Shown here: one piece after another, positions 1 through 9,590 of the stretch
Layout of the letters: each line of letters opens with the position of its first letter
Numbering within the stretch: the first letter of the stretch is position 1
Assembly: GCA_050633305.1 (NCBI GenBank)
Contig: JBOEGF010000007.1
Span: 224,001 to 288,000 of the forward strand
DNA from: Nannocystales bacterium
GTDB taxonomy: Bacteria > Myxococcota_A > Polyangia > Nannocystales > Nannocystaceae
Direction of reading: 5' to 3'
Length of the DNA stretch: 64,000 nucleotides
Program-made: the position numbers and the translations under genes
Notes under the pieces: model-generated
Databases searched by the model: none
Seen by the model: only the letters and a program-made list of their open reading frames with translations
Told to the model about the DNA's origin: nothing

Positions 1-246
1 GGCAACCGAGGAGGTGTTCGCAATGTTCCCGGCGACGCGAATGACGAACAACTCTCCGAGTCCAGCGTCAAACGCGAATTCTGGGACGACGCGGGAGTCG
101 GCACAGCTGAGGATGATCGCGTCGGGGGCTTGGCCGCTGGTCAGTGCGGTCCGGCGCGCGCTGTCTTGCAGCTTGCCGTCGAGCTTGTCTGCAACGAAGC
201 GGGCATTGCCAGCCTCGAGCCGCTGAAGGGTTTGTTCGATGGACAT
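1..246 (-). CDS. Beta-class carbonic anhydrase (N-terminal part; runs off the window)
   Basis: Not in the ORF track. Manual translation from ATG 246: MSIEQTLQRLEAGNARF...GQAPDAIILSCADSRVVPEFAFDAGLGELFVIRVAGN. Has the beta-CA CxDSR and GELFVxRxAGN motifs. Confidence 0.9.
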   Translation of the reverse strand, partial: MSIEQTLQRLEAGNARFVADKLDGKLQDSARRTALTSGQAPDAIILSCADSRVVPEFAFDAGLGELFVIRVAGNIANTSSVA

Positions 247-412
247 CTCGAGCGCAGCGTAGCAGCCCCGGACGAAACCTGACACGGCCAGCGCTTAGGA
301 TCTTCCGTCTGTGGAGCCCTGGGCGCGTCCCGGTGTGGCGCCCTTCGGGTGCCGGAGTGTCATCGAGCACGGGGCCCGGCTGTGTCGCGGTCGTCTTGAT
401 ACCGTGCAGCCG

Positions 413-1912
413 ATGAGTTCGTTGCCGATCACCACCCGCCATGGCAAAGCGCTGTCTGCCTCCGGGCGCCGCCCGCCCGATGCTCCGGTGTGGATCGACG
501 AGATCGACAATCCCTACCTGCACGGGTTGTTCGCACCGATTCAGACCGAGTTGCAGACCGACCAACTCACGGTCGTCGAAGGCGAGCTTCCCCGGGACCT
601 CCGCGGTGGATATTTCCGCAACGGCCCCAACGCAGCACGTGCGCCCAAGAATCGCTACCACTGGTTCGACGGCGACGGAATGGTGCATGGGATCTGGTTC
701 GAGGACGGCAAGGCCCGCTATGCGAATCGTTATGTGGGCACGGCGGGGCTTCAGTTGGAAGCCGAGCGCGACACGACGATCTGGCCCGGCGTCCTGGGGC
801 CCTTCGACTTCTCTGCGCCGTTGGGGCCGCTCAAAGACACGGCGAACACCGACCTCATCGAAGTGAACGGACGCCTGCTGGCGCTTTGGTACGAGTCGGG
901 AAAACCCTACGTGCTCGATCCCAACACGCTGGAGCCTCAGGGGATCGAGGACTTCGGCGGGCGCCTCACGTTTCCGTTGTCGGCACACTCCAAGGTGGAC
1001 CCCAACAGCGGGGACTTCATCTTCTTCAGCTACGGCGACCGGCCACCTTACATGCGCTACGGCGTGCTCACGGCGCAGGGCCAGCTGCATCACGTCGACA
1101 TCGACCTTCCGGGTCCTCGTCGGCCGCACGACATCGGGGTGACGCCTCGCTTCTCCATTCTCCACGACTTCCCGGTGTTCTACGATCCCGAGCTCTTTGC
1201 GAAGAAAGGGAAGCGAGTCCCGCTGTTTCATCCCGAGGTCCCGACTCGCTTCGGCGTCATTCCGCGGTTGGGCACCAACGAGGACGTGCGCTGGTTCGAG
1301 TGCGAACCCTGCTACATGCTGCACGTCGTCAACTGTTGGGAAGAGGGCGACTGGGTCGTGATGGTCGGATGCCGGACCGCGGATCCGTCGCTTCACCCCG
1401 ACCCCGAGGACGGCCGGATCGCCGCCATGCTCAGCGGCCTCAAGCTGCAGGCCAACCTCTATCGCTGGCGGTTGAACATGAAGTCCGGCGCCGTCGAGGA
1501 GGGGCCGCTTGATGACTCGAACGCCGAGTTTCCGATGATCCGTCCCTCGGTCATGGGGGAGGCGAATCGGTGGGCATACCTGCAACACATCCCCCACGAA
1601 GTGCCTGCGACGTTTGAGGGCCTGATGAAGTTCGATGTGCGATCCGGCGCCTCGACGGCGTTCCAGTACGGACCGGGCGTGTTCGGAAGCGAGAGCCCGT
1701 TTGCCCCCCGGCCCGATGGTGACGAAGAAGACGACGGTTACCTGGTCACGTTCGTCACCGACACCGCCGACTGGAGCAGCGCATGTCTGGTCTTCGATGC
1801 CCGTGACATCGCCCAAGGCCCACTCGCCAAGGTCGCGCTTCCGCAGCGGGTTCCGGCTGGTTTTCACGCGATCTGGATCGACGGAGCGGTTCTCGATGGC
1901 GCTGCGTCCTGA
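413..1912 (+). CDS. Carotenoid oxygenase family (CCO / lignostilbene dioxygenase-like) protein
   Basis: RNGPN and HWFDGDGM motifs; four candidate Fe-ligand His (AHSKVDP, PHDIG, LHVVN, GFHAIW); ESPFAP and DDGYL. Start taken at ATG 413 (ORF track starts at 311). Confidence 0.9.
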   Translation: MSSLPITTRHGKALSASGRRPPDAPVWIDEIDNPYLHGLFAPIQTELQTDQLTVVEGELPRDLRGGYFRNGPNAARAPKNRYHWFDGDGMVHGIWFEDGKARYANRYVGTAGLQLEAERDTTIWPGVLGPFDFSAPLGPLKDTANTDLIEVNGRLLALWYESGKPYVLDPNTLEPQGIEDFGGRLTFPLSAHSKVDPNSGDFIFFSYGDRPPYMRYGVLTAQGQLHHVDIDLPGPRRPHDIGVTPRFSILHDFPVFYDPELFAKKGKRVPLFHPEVPTRFGVIPRLGTNEDVRWFECEPCYMLHVVNCWEEGDWVVMVGCRTADPSLHPDPEDGRIAAMLSGLKLQANLYRWRLNMKSGAVEEGPLDDSNAEFPMIRPSVMGEANRWAYLQHIPHEVPATFEGLMKFDVRSGASTAFQYGPGVFGSESPFAPRPDGDEEDDGYLVTFVTDTADWSSACLVFDARDIAQGPLAKVALPQRVPAGFHAIWIDGAVLDGAAS

Positions 1913-2333
1913 AGACCTCGTCGGCACCTGGGAACTCGAGGTGTTCGAGGTCGAGCTCGCGGACGGAAGGCGGGTGTTCCCGATGGGAGCCGACGCCCGC
2001 GGGAGCCTGATGTACACCGAGGATGGAAGGATGTCGGCGACGCTCAGCGCTGCCGAGCGCGCGCCGCTTTCGGTGCCACGCCTCGAGGCGTTCGCGCGTG
2101 CGCCCTCGTCGGAGAAAGCCGCTGCGTTCGACTCGTATCTCGCGTACGTGGGCCGATACACGGTCGAGCCCGGCGCTGTTGTGCATCATGTCGAACTCGC
2201 GTCGGTGCCCAACATCGTCGGCGCGAACCAGCGGCGAGACGCGACCCTCGAAGCAGACCACCTCACCCTGCGGTACGCCGTCGATGGCGACCGAGGCTCT
2301 CGACACAACACTTTGCGATGGCGACGCTCGTAG
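1896..2333 (+). CDS. Lipocalin-like domain protein
   Basis: LVGTWEL...G.LMYT.DGRMS...YLAYVGRY...VVHHV pattern typical of bacterial lipocalin-like proteins; overlaps both neighbours. Confidence 0.75.
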   Translation: MALRPEDLVGTWELEVFEVELADGRRVFPMGADARGSLMYTEDGRMSATLSAAERAPLSVPRLEAFARAPSSEKAAAFDSYLAYVGRYTVEPGAVVHHVELASVPNIVGANQRRDATLEADHLTLRYAVDGDRGSRHNTLRWRRS

Positions 2334-4012
2334 ACTCCTGGTTCTCTTCTCACGCGCCGCGCCTGGAGCGAGCGGTGCAGGCCTGCGCAACGCGAGAAGC
2401 GTGGACGCCGTTCGTCGAGTCCCCCTCAGGGAAGCTGCACCCCCCGGGAGCCAAGGACGCGGGGCTCGAGTGGTTCCAGTCCGTGCTGGGCCGCTCGTTC
2501 CCGCTCTCGATGCCAGGGGAAGTCGGACGCACCGGGGCCGAGGTTTCGCCCTACAGCAGAGAGTCTCTGGGCATCGATTACCCCAAGGTCGAGGTCGACC
2601 CGTTGATGGCCGCAGCCCAGGCGGCCATCCCGACGTGGCGCAAGGCATCGATGCAGACCCGGGTTGGCGTGTGCATGGAGATCCTGGACCGGCTCGCTCA
2701 GGACGTGTTCGCGAACGCGTTTGCCACGATGCACACCGCAGGGCAGGGGTTCATGATGAGCTTCGCGGGAAGCGGCGCAAACTCGCTCGATCGGGGCCTC
2801 GAGGGGCTCGCCTTCGCGTACAAGGCCATGAAGGACATCCCCACCGAAGCGGTGTTCGAACGTCGCTTTGGCGGGGAGGTTGTTCGACTGCGCAAGCGCT
2901 ACCGCCTGATGCCGCGTGGGGTGGCGGTCGTGGTGTCATGCGGTTCCTACCCCGCCTGGAATGCGTACCCAGCCTTGTTCGCAAACCTGGCCACGGCCAA
3001 TCCCGTCGTGCTCAAGCCGCATCCGGAGTGCATTCTCCCGATGGCCCGCGCGGTACAGATCGCTCGCGAGACCATCCTCGAGGCTGGGTTCGACCCGAAC
3101 CTGGTCACGTTGGCGGCCGATACCCGGGCTGAGCCGGTCACGAAAGAGCTGCTGAAGCACCCACAGACCGCGATCATCGACTTCACGGGGAGTCAGCGGT
3201 TTGGGGCCTGGATCGAGGCGAACTGCGGGCATGCGGACGTGTACACAGAGACTGCAGGGTGCAATGCGGTTGTGGTCGAGTCTGCCCGGGCACTTGAGCC
3301 CGTGCTCGATGCGATCGCGCAGAGTCTGTGTCTGTTCTCCGCACAGATGTGCACCGCGGCGCAGAACATCTTCGTGCCGGCCCTGGGCGTGCGCGTGGGT
3401 GATTCTCGGGTGCTTCCGGACGCATTTGCGGCAGGACTGGTGGAGGCCATCGACCGAATGCTGGCAGACCCGAAACACGCGGCGGGCATCTGCGGTGCGC
3501 TGCAAACCGATACGATCGAGGCGACGCTTCACCGGCTTGGTTCGCATCCCGGCGTGGTCCGTCCGAGTAAGCCGTACGCGCATCCGCAGCATCCCAATGC
3601 TCGCACCGCGACTCCGTTGGTGCTTCGCACGTCGGCGCCAGACTCTATCTACCAGCAGGAACACTTCGGTCCGGTTGGGTTCGTGATCGAAGCGCACGAC
3701 CGCGAGCATGCGCTCGCACAGGCGGCGCACGACGCAGGGCATTTCGGCTCGATCGCCAACTACGCCTACTCGGTCGACCCCGCGTTCCTCGAGGCCATCG
3801 AAGACGCGTTCGCGGACCACGGCGCCTCGGTCGGAATCAACCTGCTCGGGCAGCGGCCGATCAACTTCACGGCAGCGTTCAGCGACTATCACGTCACCGG
3901 GCTCAACCCCGCCGGAAACGCCTGCCTCACCGACCTTGCGTTCGTCACCCGACGCTTCCGCATCGTGCAATCCAAGACTGAAGAACCATGCCTCGCATCG
4001 ACGACATCCTGA
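2318..4012 (+). CDS. paaN: PaaN-like aldehyde dehydrogenase
   Basis: 564 aa; MHTAGQGFMMSFAGSG, VLKPHP, IDFTGS, YTETAG, QMCT (catalytic Cys), EHFGP, AAFSDYHVTGLNPAGNA. Confidence 0.85.
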   Translation: MATLVDSWFSSHAPRLERAVQACATREAWTPFVESPSGKLHPPGAKDAGLEWFQSVLGRSFPLSMPGEVGRTGAEVSPYSRESLGIDYPKVEVDPLMAAAQAAIPTWRKASMQTRVGVCMEILDRLAQDVFANAFATMHTAGQGFMMSFAGSGANSLDRGLEGLAFAYKAMKDIPTEAVFERRFGGEVVRLRKRYRLMPRGVAVVVSCGSYPAWNAYPALFANLATANPVVLKPHPECILPMARAVQIARETILEAGFDPNLVTLAADTRAEPVTKELLKHPQTAIIDFTGSQRFGAWIEANCGHADVYTETAGCNAVVVESARALEPVLDAIAQSLCLFSAQMCTAAQNIFVPALGVRVGDSRVLPDAFAAGLVEAIDRMLADPKHAAGICGALQTDTIEATLHRLGSHPGVVRPSKPYAHPQHPNARTATPLVLRTSAPDSIYQQEHFGPVGFVIEAHDREHALAQAAHDAGHFGSIANYAYSVDPAFLEAIEDAFADHGASVGINLLGQRPINFTAAFSDYHVTGLNPAGNACLTDLAFVTRRFRIVQSKTEEPCLASTTS

Positions 4013-5172
4013 TCCTGGACGGAGCCCGCACCGCGGTGGGGGCGTTCCTCGGTGGCCTCAGCCGTGTCACCCCAACCTCGCTCGGCGTGGCTGCGGCCAC
4101 CGGTGCGCTACGCAGGGCCGGCATTGAACCGGAACGTATCGACGCGACGATCTTCGGCAACGTGCTCCAGTCGGCCAAAGACTCGGTGTACCTCGCACGC
4201 CACGTGGGTTTGCAGGCGGGTGTCCCCGAAGACCGCCCCGCGTTGGTCGTAAACCGGGCGTGCGCCTCGGGCCTCGAGGCCGTGATTCAAGGCGCGAAGG
4301 CGATGGCCGTGGGCGAGGCAGGCTTCATCCTCGCGGGCGGGGCCGAGAACATGAGTCTGACGCCGTACGCGATGCGTGGGGTCCGTCAGGGCTGGAAGAT
4401 GATCAAGTCGGACGTCGACGACATGCTGTTCAGCGCGTTGTTCGATCCGATGGCCGGGTGCTCGATTGGAGAGACCGTGGAGCATCTGGCGGCGGAGCTG
4501 GGCATCACGAGACAGGAGGCGGACGCGATGGCGGTGGAAGGGCAGCGCCGCGCCGCAGCGGCCGTGGCCGGGGGCGTCTACGCGGAGGAGATCGTACCCG
4601 TGACCGCAGGAAGTCGCCGAAAGCCCGTGGTGGTCGAAGTCGATGAGGCGCCCCGTCCGGAGTCCACGATGGAGATGCTCGCGGGACTGCCCGGGCTCTA
4701 CGAAGGCGGCATCAACACGGCTGGTAACTCCTGCGGACTCAACGACGCAGCCGCCGCCGTGGTCATGGCGACCGCAGACGCAGCAAAGGCAGCCGGTGCA
4801 ACGGCACTGGGGCGAGTGGTCAGCTGGGCCAGCGTGGGCGTGGCCCCCAAATCGATGGGGCTGGGTCCGATCGAGGCGAGCCGGAAGGCGCTGGGTGATG
4901 CGGGGCTTTCGGTGAGCGACCTCGACGTCATCGAGCTCAACGACTCCTTCGCAGTGCAGTCCGTCGCGGTTCAACGGGCGCTGGAGTTGGACCCGAGCAA
5001 GGTGAATCCGAACGGCGGGGCGGTCGCGCTGGGGCACCCGATGGCGGCGACCGGGACGCGTCTGGTGCTCTCGGCGCTGTACGAACTCCGCCGGAGGCAG
5101 GGACGGTACGCGTTGGCCACGGTGTGTGTGGGCGGCGGCCAAGGGACAGCCATCGTGCTCGAGCGGGTCTGA
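3988..5172 (+). CDS. Thiolase (acetyl-CoA C-acyltransferase)
   Basis: NRACASG, GHPMAATG and CVGGGQG catalytic motifs; NDSFA where NEAFA is usual. Confidence 0.92.
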   Translation: MPRIDDILILDGARTAVGAFLGGLSRVTPTSLGVAAATGALRRAGIEPERIDATIFGNVLQSAKDSVYLARHVGLQAGVPEDRPALVVNRACASGLEAVIQGAKAMAVGEAGFILAGGAENMSLTPYAMRGVRQGWKMIKSDVDDMLFSALFDPMAGCSIGETVEHLAAELGITRQEADAMAVEGQRRAAAAVAGGVYAEEIVPVTAGSRRKPVVVEVDEAPRPESTMEMLAGLPGLYEGGINTAGNSCGLNDAAAAVVMATADAAKAAGATALGRVVSWASVGVAPKSMGLGPIEASRKALGDAGLSVSDLDVIELNDSFAVQSVAVQRALELDPSKVNPNGGAVALGHPMAATGTRLVLSALYELRRRQGRYALATVCVGGGQGTAIVLERV

Positions 5173-5229
5173 GCGCCGTGACTGGCACGGACCGGTTGTG
5201 TCCGGACGGGGAACGGGCAACCCTCGGGC

Positions 5230-6021
5230 GTGACCACTGCCGACCGTCCCCGAATTCGGACCGAAGTCCACGGCGCCGTCTTGCTGCTCGTCCTCGACCG
5301 CGCGGAAAAACGAAACGCGTTCGACCTGCGGATGCTTCGCGAGCTGGCGGAAGCGCTGACCCGCTACGAGACGGACGAGGCGCTTCGTTGTGCAGTGTTG
5401 GCGGCAGATGGCGAGCACTTCACGGCGGGTTTGGATCTCGCGGAGGTCGGGCCCGCGGTCGCTGATGGTGCGTCGTTGTTCCCCGATGGCGCAGTCGACC
5501 CGCTCAACATGCACCCACCACTGCGTCGCAAGCCTCTGATCATGGCGGTCCAGGGCTGGTGTCTGACGATCGGCATCGAGCTGTTGCTCGCCGCCGACAT
5601 TCGACTGGCCGCGACGGGGACGCGCCTCGGGCAGATCGAGATCAATCGCGGCATCTTTCCGTTTGGTGGTGCCACGGTCCGGCTTCCCCAGATCGCGGGC
5701 TGGGGGAATGCGATGCGTTGGCTCCTCACCGGAGATGTCTTCGACGCCCAGGAGGCGCTGCGTATTGGGCTCGTGCAGGAGGTGATTCCGGAGGCTTCGC
5801 TGCGAGCACGGGCGCTGGAACTCGCGGCGACGGTTGCCAAGCGGGCACCGTTGGGCGTGCAGGCGACGCTTGCCTCCGCGGCCCAGGCCGAGCTGCAAGG
5901 CCACCAAGCGGCGATCGACGGGTTACTCCCCACCGCCATGAAGCTGATGGCGAGTGAGGACGCCGCCGAGGGGCTTCGCTCGTTCGTCGAACGTCGAGAC
6001 GGCGTGTTCACCGGCCGCTGA
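5230..6021 (+). CDS. Crotonase/enoyl-CoA hydratase family protein
   Basis: KRNAF, FTAGLDL, GIELLLAADIR, EINRGIFPFGGAT, AEGLRSFVERR. Confidence 0.9.
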   Translation: MTTADRPRIRTEVHGAVLLLVLDRAEKRNAFDLRMLRELAEALTRYETDEALRCAVLAADGEHFTAGLDLAEVGPAVADGASLFPDGAVDPLNMHPPLRRKPLIMAVQGWCLTIGIELLLAADIRLAATGTRLGQIEINRGIFPFGGATVRLPQIAGWGNAMRWLLTGDVFDAQEALRIGLVQEVIPEASLRARALELAATVAKRAPLGVQATLASAAQAELQGHQAAIDGLLPTAMKLMASEDAAEGLRSFVERRDGVFTGR

Positions 6022-6087
6022 ACTCGCGGAGATTCGGACGAGGAGGCGGTGTGGGCGGTCGATGCCGTCGTACACTTCGACCGTCCG

Positions 6088-7860
6088 ATGTCCCTCGAGA
6101 CCGAACCCTTCCGCACGCTTCTTGAAGACCTCGCGTTCGTCGTGTTCGACGTGCTGAAGCAGCCGGACCGGGCGGAGCATGAGCCGCTGATCGAGGCGGC
6201 GATTCGCTTGGCCGCCGAACGGTTTGCCACACATGCGGCCAAGTCCGATGCCCACGAACCAACGTGGGATGGCGAGCACTTGCACCTCATCCCAGAGATT
6301 CAGCAAGCGCTCCGCGAGTTCATCGACGGAGGATTCCTCGCCGCTCCATTCCCGGAGTCCGATGGCGGGTTGGGGCTCCCGTACACGGTCTATCAATCGA
6401 TGATGGCCGCGTTCCAAGCCGCAAACCCGGGAACCTGCGCCTACCCGTTTCTCACCTCGGCGGCGGCCAACCTGTTGCGGGTGTTTGGAAGCGAGTCGCA
6501 GAAGGGGCGGTTCATGCGACCGATGATCGACGGGCGTTTCTTCGGGACGATGTGCTTGTCCGAGCCCCACGCCGGTTCCTCGCTGGCGGACATCCGTTGC
6601 CGAGCGCTCCCGCAGCCCGACGGCACGTTCCACCTCGAGGGAGACAAAATGTGGATCTCGGCCGGCGAGCACGGTCTCTGCGAGACGATCGTGCACTTGG
6701 TCCTTGCACGGCTGCCCGATGCGCCCGACGGGGTCCGCGGCATCTCGTTGTTCCTGGTGCCGCGCAATCAGGTCGCGGAGGACGGGACGGTGGGCCCACG
6801 GAACGGCGTGTCGCTGATCGGTCTCAACCACAAGATGGGCTACCGCGGGGCGGTCAACACGGCGCTGGCGTTCGGCGCCGACGCGCCGGCCGTTGGGGAG
6901 TTGGTCGGTGCTCCGAACCAGGGCCTTGCCGCGATGTTCCACATGATGAACGAAGCCCGTATCGGTGTGGGGCTAGGGGCGGCGATGATCGGCTACGCCG
7001 GCTACCGCGTCTCGGTGGCCTACGCTCGTGATCGAGTTCAGGGGCGTCACCCCGATGAGAAGGGCGGGAAGGCGGTCCCCATCGTGGAGCACGCCGATGT
7101 CCGGCGCATGCTGTTGACCCAGAAGGTCTACGCCGAGGGGGGGATGGCGTTGACCCTGTACTGCGCGCGTCTCGTCGACGATGCGCAGGCGGCATCCGAC
7201 GACGAATCGAAACGGCGATGCGCCGACCTCCTCGGGATGCTCACCCCGATTGCGAAAGCCTGGCCGTCCGAGCATGGACCGATCGCCAACGACCTGGCCA
7301 TTCAAGTCTTCGGGGGCAGTGGCTACACGCGCGACTACCCGGTTGAGCGCTACTACCGAGACAACCGTCTCAACCCAATTCATGAGGGCACCAACGGAGT
7401 GCAGGGGTTGGACCTGCTTGGGCGAAAGGTCATGCAGGACCGGGGGCGGGCCTTCGGTCGACTCTGCTCGAAGGTCCAATCGGCGATCGAGCGGGCGGGA
7501 GGGTTCGACGAACTCGCGGACGACCGAGGGGCGCTGGCCCACGCGTTGGGCCGTGTCGTCGAGACCACCGGGATCCTGGGCACGGCCGCTGCGGCTGGGA
7601 AGGTTCGGTTGGCGCTGGCGAACGCGACCGAGTATCTGCACATGCTCGGGCACGTGGTCGTGGGTTGGATGTGGCTCGAGCAGGCGATGGCGGCGATTAC
7701 GGGGCGTGACGCAGGGACCACCGACCCAGACTTCGCTGCCGGCAAGATCCACGCATCGCGGTTCTTCTGCCGCTACGAGCTTCCCAGGGTCGACCGACGG
7801 GCCACGCTCTTGAACAGGCTCGACGACACCACGATGACGATGCCGGATGCCGGGTTCTAA
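6088..7860 (+). CDS. Acyl-CoA dehydrogenase (long type with C-terminal domain)
   Basis: GTMCLSEPHAGSSL, GDKMWIS, HKMG, MFHMMNEARIG, QVFGGSGY, IHEGTNG. Start at ATG 6088 (GTG 6049 possible). Confidence 0.9.
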   Translation: MSLETEPFRTLLEDLAFVVFDVLKQPDRAEHEPLIEAAIRLAAERFATHAAKSDAHEPTWDGEHLHLIPEIQQALREFIDGGFLAAPFPESDGGLGLPYTVYQSMMAAFQAANPGTCAYPFLTSAAANLLRVFGSESQKGRFMRPMIDGRFFGTMCLSEPHAGSSLADIRCRALPQPDGTFHLEGDKMWISAGEHGLCETIVHLVLARLPDAPDGVRGISLFLVPRNQVAEDGTVGPRNGVSLIGLNHKMGYRGAVNTALAFGADAPAVGELVGAPNQGLAAMFHMMNEARIGVGLGAAMIGYAGYRVSVAYARDRVQGRHPDEKGGKAVPIVEHADVRRMLLTQKVYAEGGMALTLYCARLVDDAQAASDDESKRRCADLLGMLTPIAKAWPSEHGPIANDLAIQVFGGSGYTRDYPVERYYRDNRLNPIHEGTNGVQGLDLLGRKVMQDRGRAFGRLCSKVQSAIERAGGFDELADDRGALAHALGRVVETTGILGTAAAAGKVRLALANATEYLHMLGHVVVGWMWLEQAMAAITGRDAGTTDPDFAAGKIHASRFFCRYELPRVDRRATLLNRLDDTTMTMPDAGF

Positions 7861-7863
7861 GGC

Positions 7864-9099
7864 CTACGCATCCGTTGCCAACCGACGCCCCAGGAGGGCT
7901 CGCAAGGCGGGGGTCGGGGCGGCATCCAAGGCAAGCGTGCGGTGGTGTGCTGCCTCTGCTTCGTGGCCACAGCGGCGGTGCAGGTCCGCGAGGACAGCGA
8001 ACCACTGGAAGGATCCGTGCAACCATGAAGGCGGGGCGACGCGTTGGAGAAACGCGAGGCCGTCTTGCGGACCACTGCATTGGGCGATGGCGACCGCGTG
8101 CCCGAGCCGGTGCGTCGCCGACGGGGCCACACGCTCCAGCAGCGCGTAGCAGGCCACGATGCGGTCCCACCTGGTTTCTTCGAACGTCGGCGCTCGGCAG
8201 TGTTCCGCGGCGATCCCTGCCTCCGCATGGTAGCGGCTGAACGTGTCTCCGGTCGCCGCGCTGGCAAGCCACCGCATGCCGGTTGCGATCGCCTGCGCGT
8301 CCCACAGGCTGCGGTCCTGTTCGCTCAGCAGCAACAGACCTCCCACGCCGTCGTCACGGGCGCTCATGCGGGCCCGGTGCAGAAACATCAGGGCGACCAA
8401 GGCCGAGGTCTCCGGAGTGGGTGCGCCCGCGTGTTCGGCCAGCAGGGTCCCCAGTCGGATGGCCTCGTCACACAAGTCGACCCGCATCGATTCGTCGGCG
8501 CGGACGGACGCGTACCCTCCGGTGAAGAGCAGGTGCAACACCGCCCGTACCGCGGGGACGCGTTCGCGCAGGTCGTCCTCGGTGAGCGTGCCCAGGCTTA
8601 GGCCGACGGACTGGAGCTTGGCTCGGGCACGTTGGAGCCGCTTGTAGACGTTGGCTTCGGTTAAAAAAAGGTGCTCGGCGAGTTCGGCGACCGTGAGCCC
8701 GAAGAGGATTCTCAACGACAGAATGCGCTGAGCATCGCTGGGTAGGGTCTCGTGGCAGCAGGCGAACAGCATCGCGAGCTGAGCATCACGAACCTCCCCA
8801 CGAAGCCAGGTGTCGGGAGCGGGCGCGACTTCGTCGGTGGGGGTGCTGACCAAGGCGGCAGCCCGCCGTCGTTGTGTCCGGAGCCGGTCGATGACCGCGT
8901 TGTTGGAGGCTCGAAACAACCACGCCGCGGGGTTGTCGGGAACCCCGCGGGTTGGCCACGTCGCTAACGCGGACGTCCACGCGGACTGGACCGCATCCTC
9001 GACCAGTTCCACGTGTTGCATACCGACGCGGGCGGCGAGCATCGACACCACGCGTCCGTACTCGCGTCGGTAGACGCGTTCGAGAAGTGCGCCCGTCAA
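7864..9099 (-). CDS. ECF sigma factor with C-terminal TPR-like extension (ECF42-like)
   Basis: EDAVQ...W...GVPDNPAAWL (region 2); LFACCH; region 4; LFTGGY; LLLSEQDRSLWD; YHAEAGIAAEH; 411 aa; lies downstream of a DGPF/YciI gene. Confidence 0.85.
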   Translation of the reverse strand: MTGALLERVYRREYGRVVSMLAARVGMQHVELVEDAVQSAWTSALATWPTRGVPDNPAAWLFRASNNAVIDRLRTQRRRAAALVSTPTDEVAPAPDTWLRGEVRDAQLAMLFACCHETLPSDAQRILSLRILFGLTVAELAEHLFLTEANVYKRLQRARAKLQSVGLSLGTLTEDDLRERVPAVRAVLHLLFTGGYASVRADESMRVDLCDEAIRLGTLLAEHAGAPTPETSALVALMFLHRARMSARDDGVGGLLLLSEQDRSLWDAQAIATGMRWLASAATGDTFSRYHAEAGIAAEHCRAPTFEETRWDRIVACYALLERVAPSATHRLGHAVAIAQCSGPQDGLAFLQRVAPPSWLHGSFQWFAVLADLHRRCGHEAEAAHHRTLALDAAPTPALRALLGRRLATDA

Positions 9100-9434
9100 G
9101 GTGTGTGAATCTCGATGACCTCAACGCCGGAGCCGGGCTTGACGAGGCCGGGGCAGGCGCTCGCGACCTCGATCGCTTGGTCGAGCGACTCGGCGGAGAC
9201 GATCATGTAGCCCCCGACCAGGTCCTTGACCTCGACGAGCGGGGCATCGGTTTTGGCGTCGGAGGTGACGAGCTTTCCGTTGCCGAGTTTTCCGCCGAGG
9301 TCGACGAGGTTGGCCTCGAACTTCTTCATCCAGCCCTGGAAGGCGGCGTACCAGTCCTCCATGTTGCCGCCCGCAGGGGCTGGCTGGGGGTCTGCGGCGG
9401 GGATGCTGCGTTGCATGCAAAGGTATTTGGGCAT
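9096..9434 (-). CDS. YciI/DGPF family protein
   Basis: TDAPLVEVKDLVGGYMIV.A.SLD.A..A..CP...VEV, a DGPF-like motif; overlaps the sigma start by 4 nt. Confidence 0.85.
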   Translation of the reverse strand: MPKYLCMQRSIPAADPQPAPAGGNMEDWYAAFQGWMKKFEANLVDLGGKLGNGKLVTSDAKTDAPLVEVKDLVGGYMIVSAESLDQAIEVASACPGLVKPGSGVEVIEIHTP

Positions 9435-9499
9435 CTCGGGTTCCTTTTCGTTGGGGCGGATGGCTCGCTTGTCGCGAGTCCCGCGTTGTTCGCTCCCAT

Positions 9500-9526
9500 G
9501 ACGCGCCGGGACGCCGAACTTGGACA
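9500..9526 (-). promoter_or_regulatory. Putative ECF42-type autoregulatory promoter
   Basis: Minus strand reads TGTCCA-N17-CGTC about 66 nt upstream of the yciI start; resembles the TGTCGA...CGTC-type ECF42 promoter. Confidence 0.5.
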
Positions 9527-9590
9527 CCGCTCCTCAAGAAAATCGTCGCCCCAGTTTCGCACGTCCTCGCGAGGAGCCTACACGGGGGCC

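Noticed and set aside
14..226. 70-aa plus-strand ORF
   Set aside because: Shadow of the minus-strand carbonic anhydrase.
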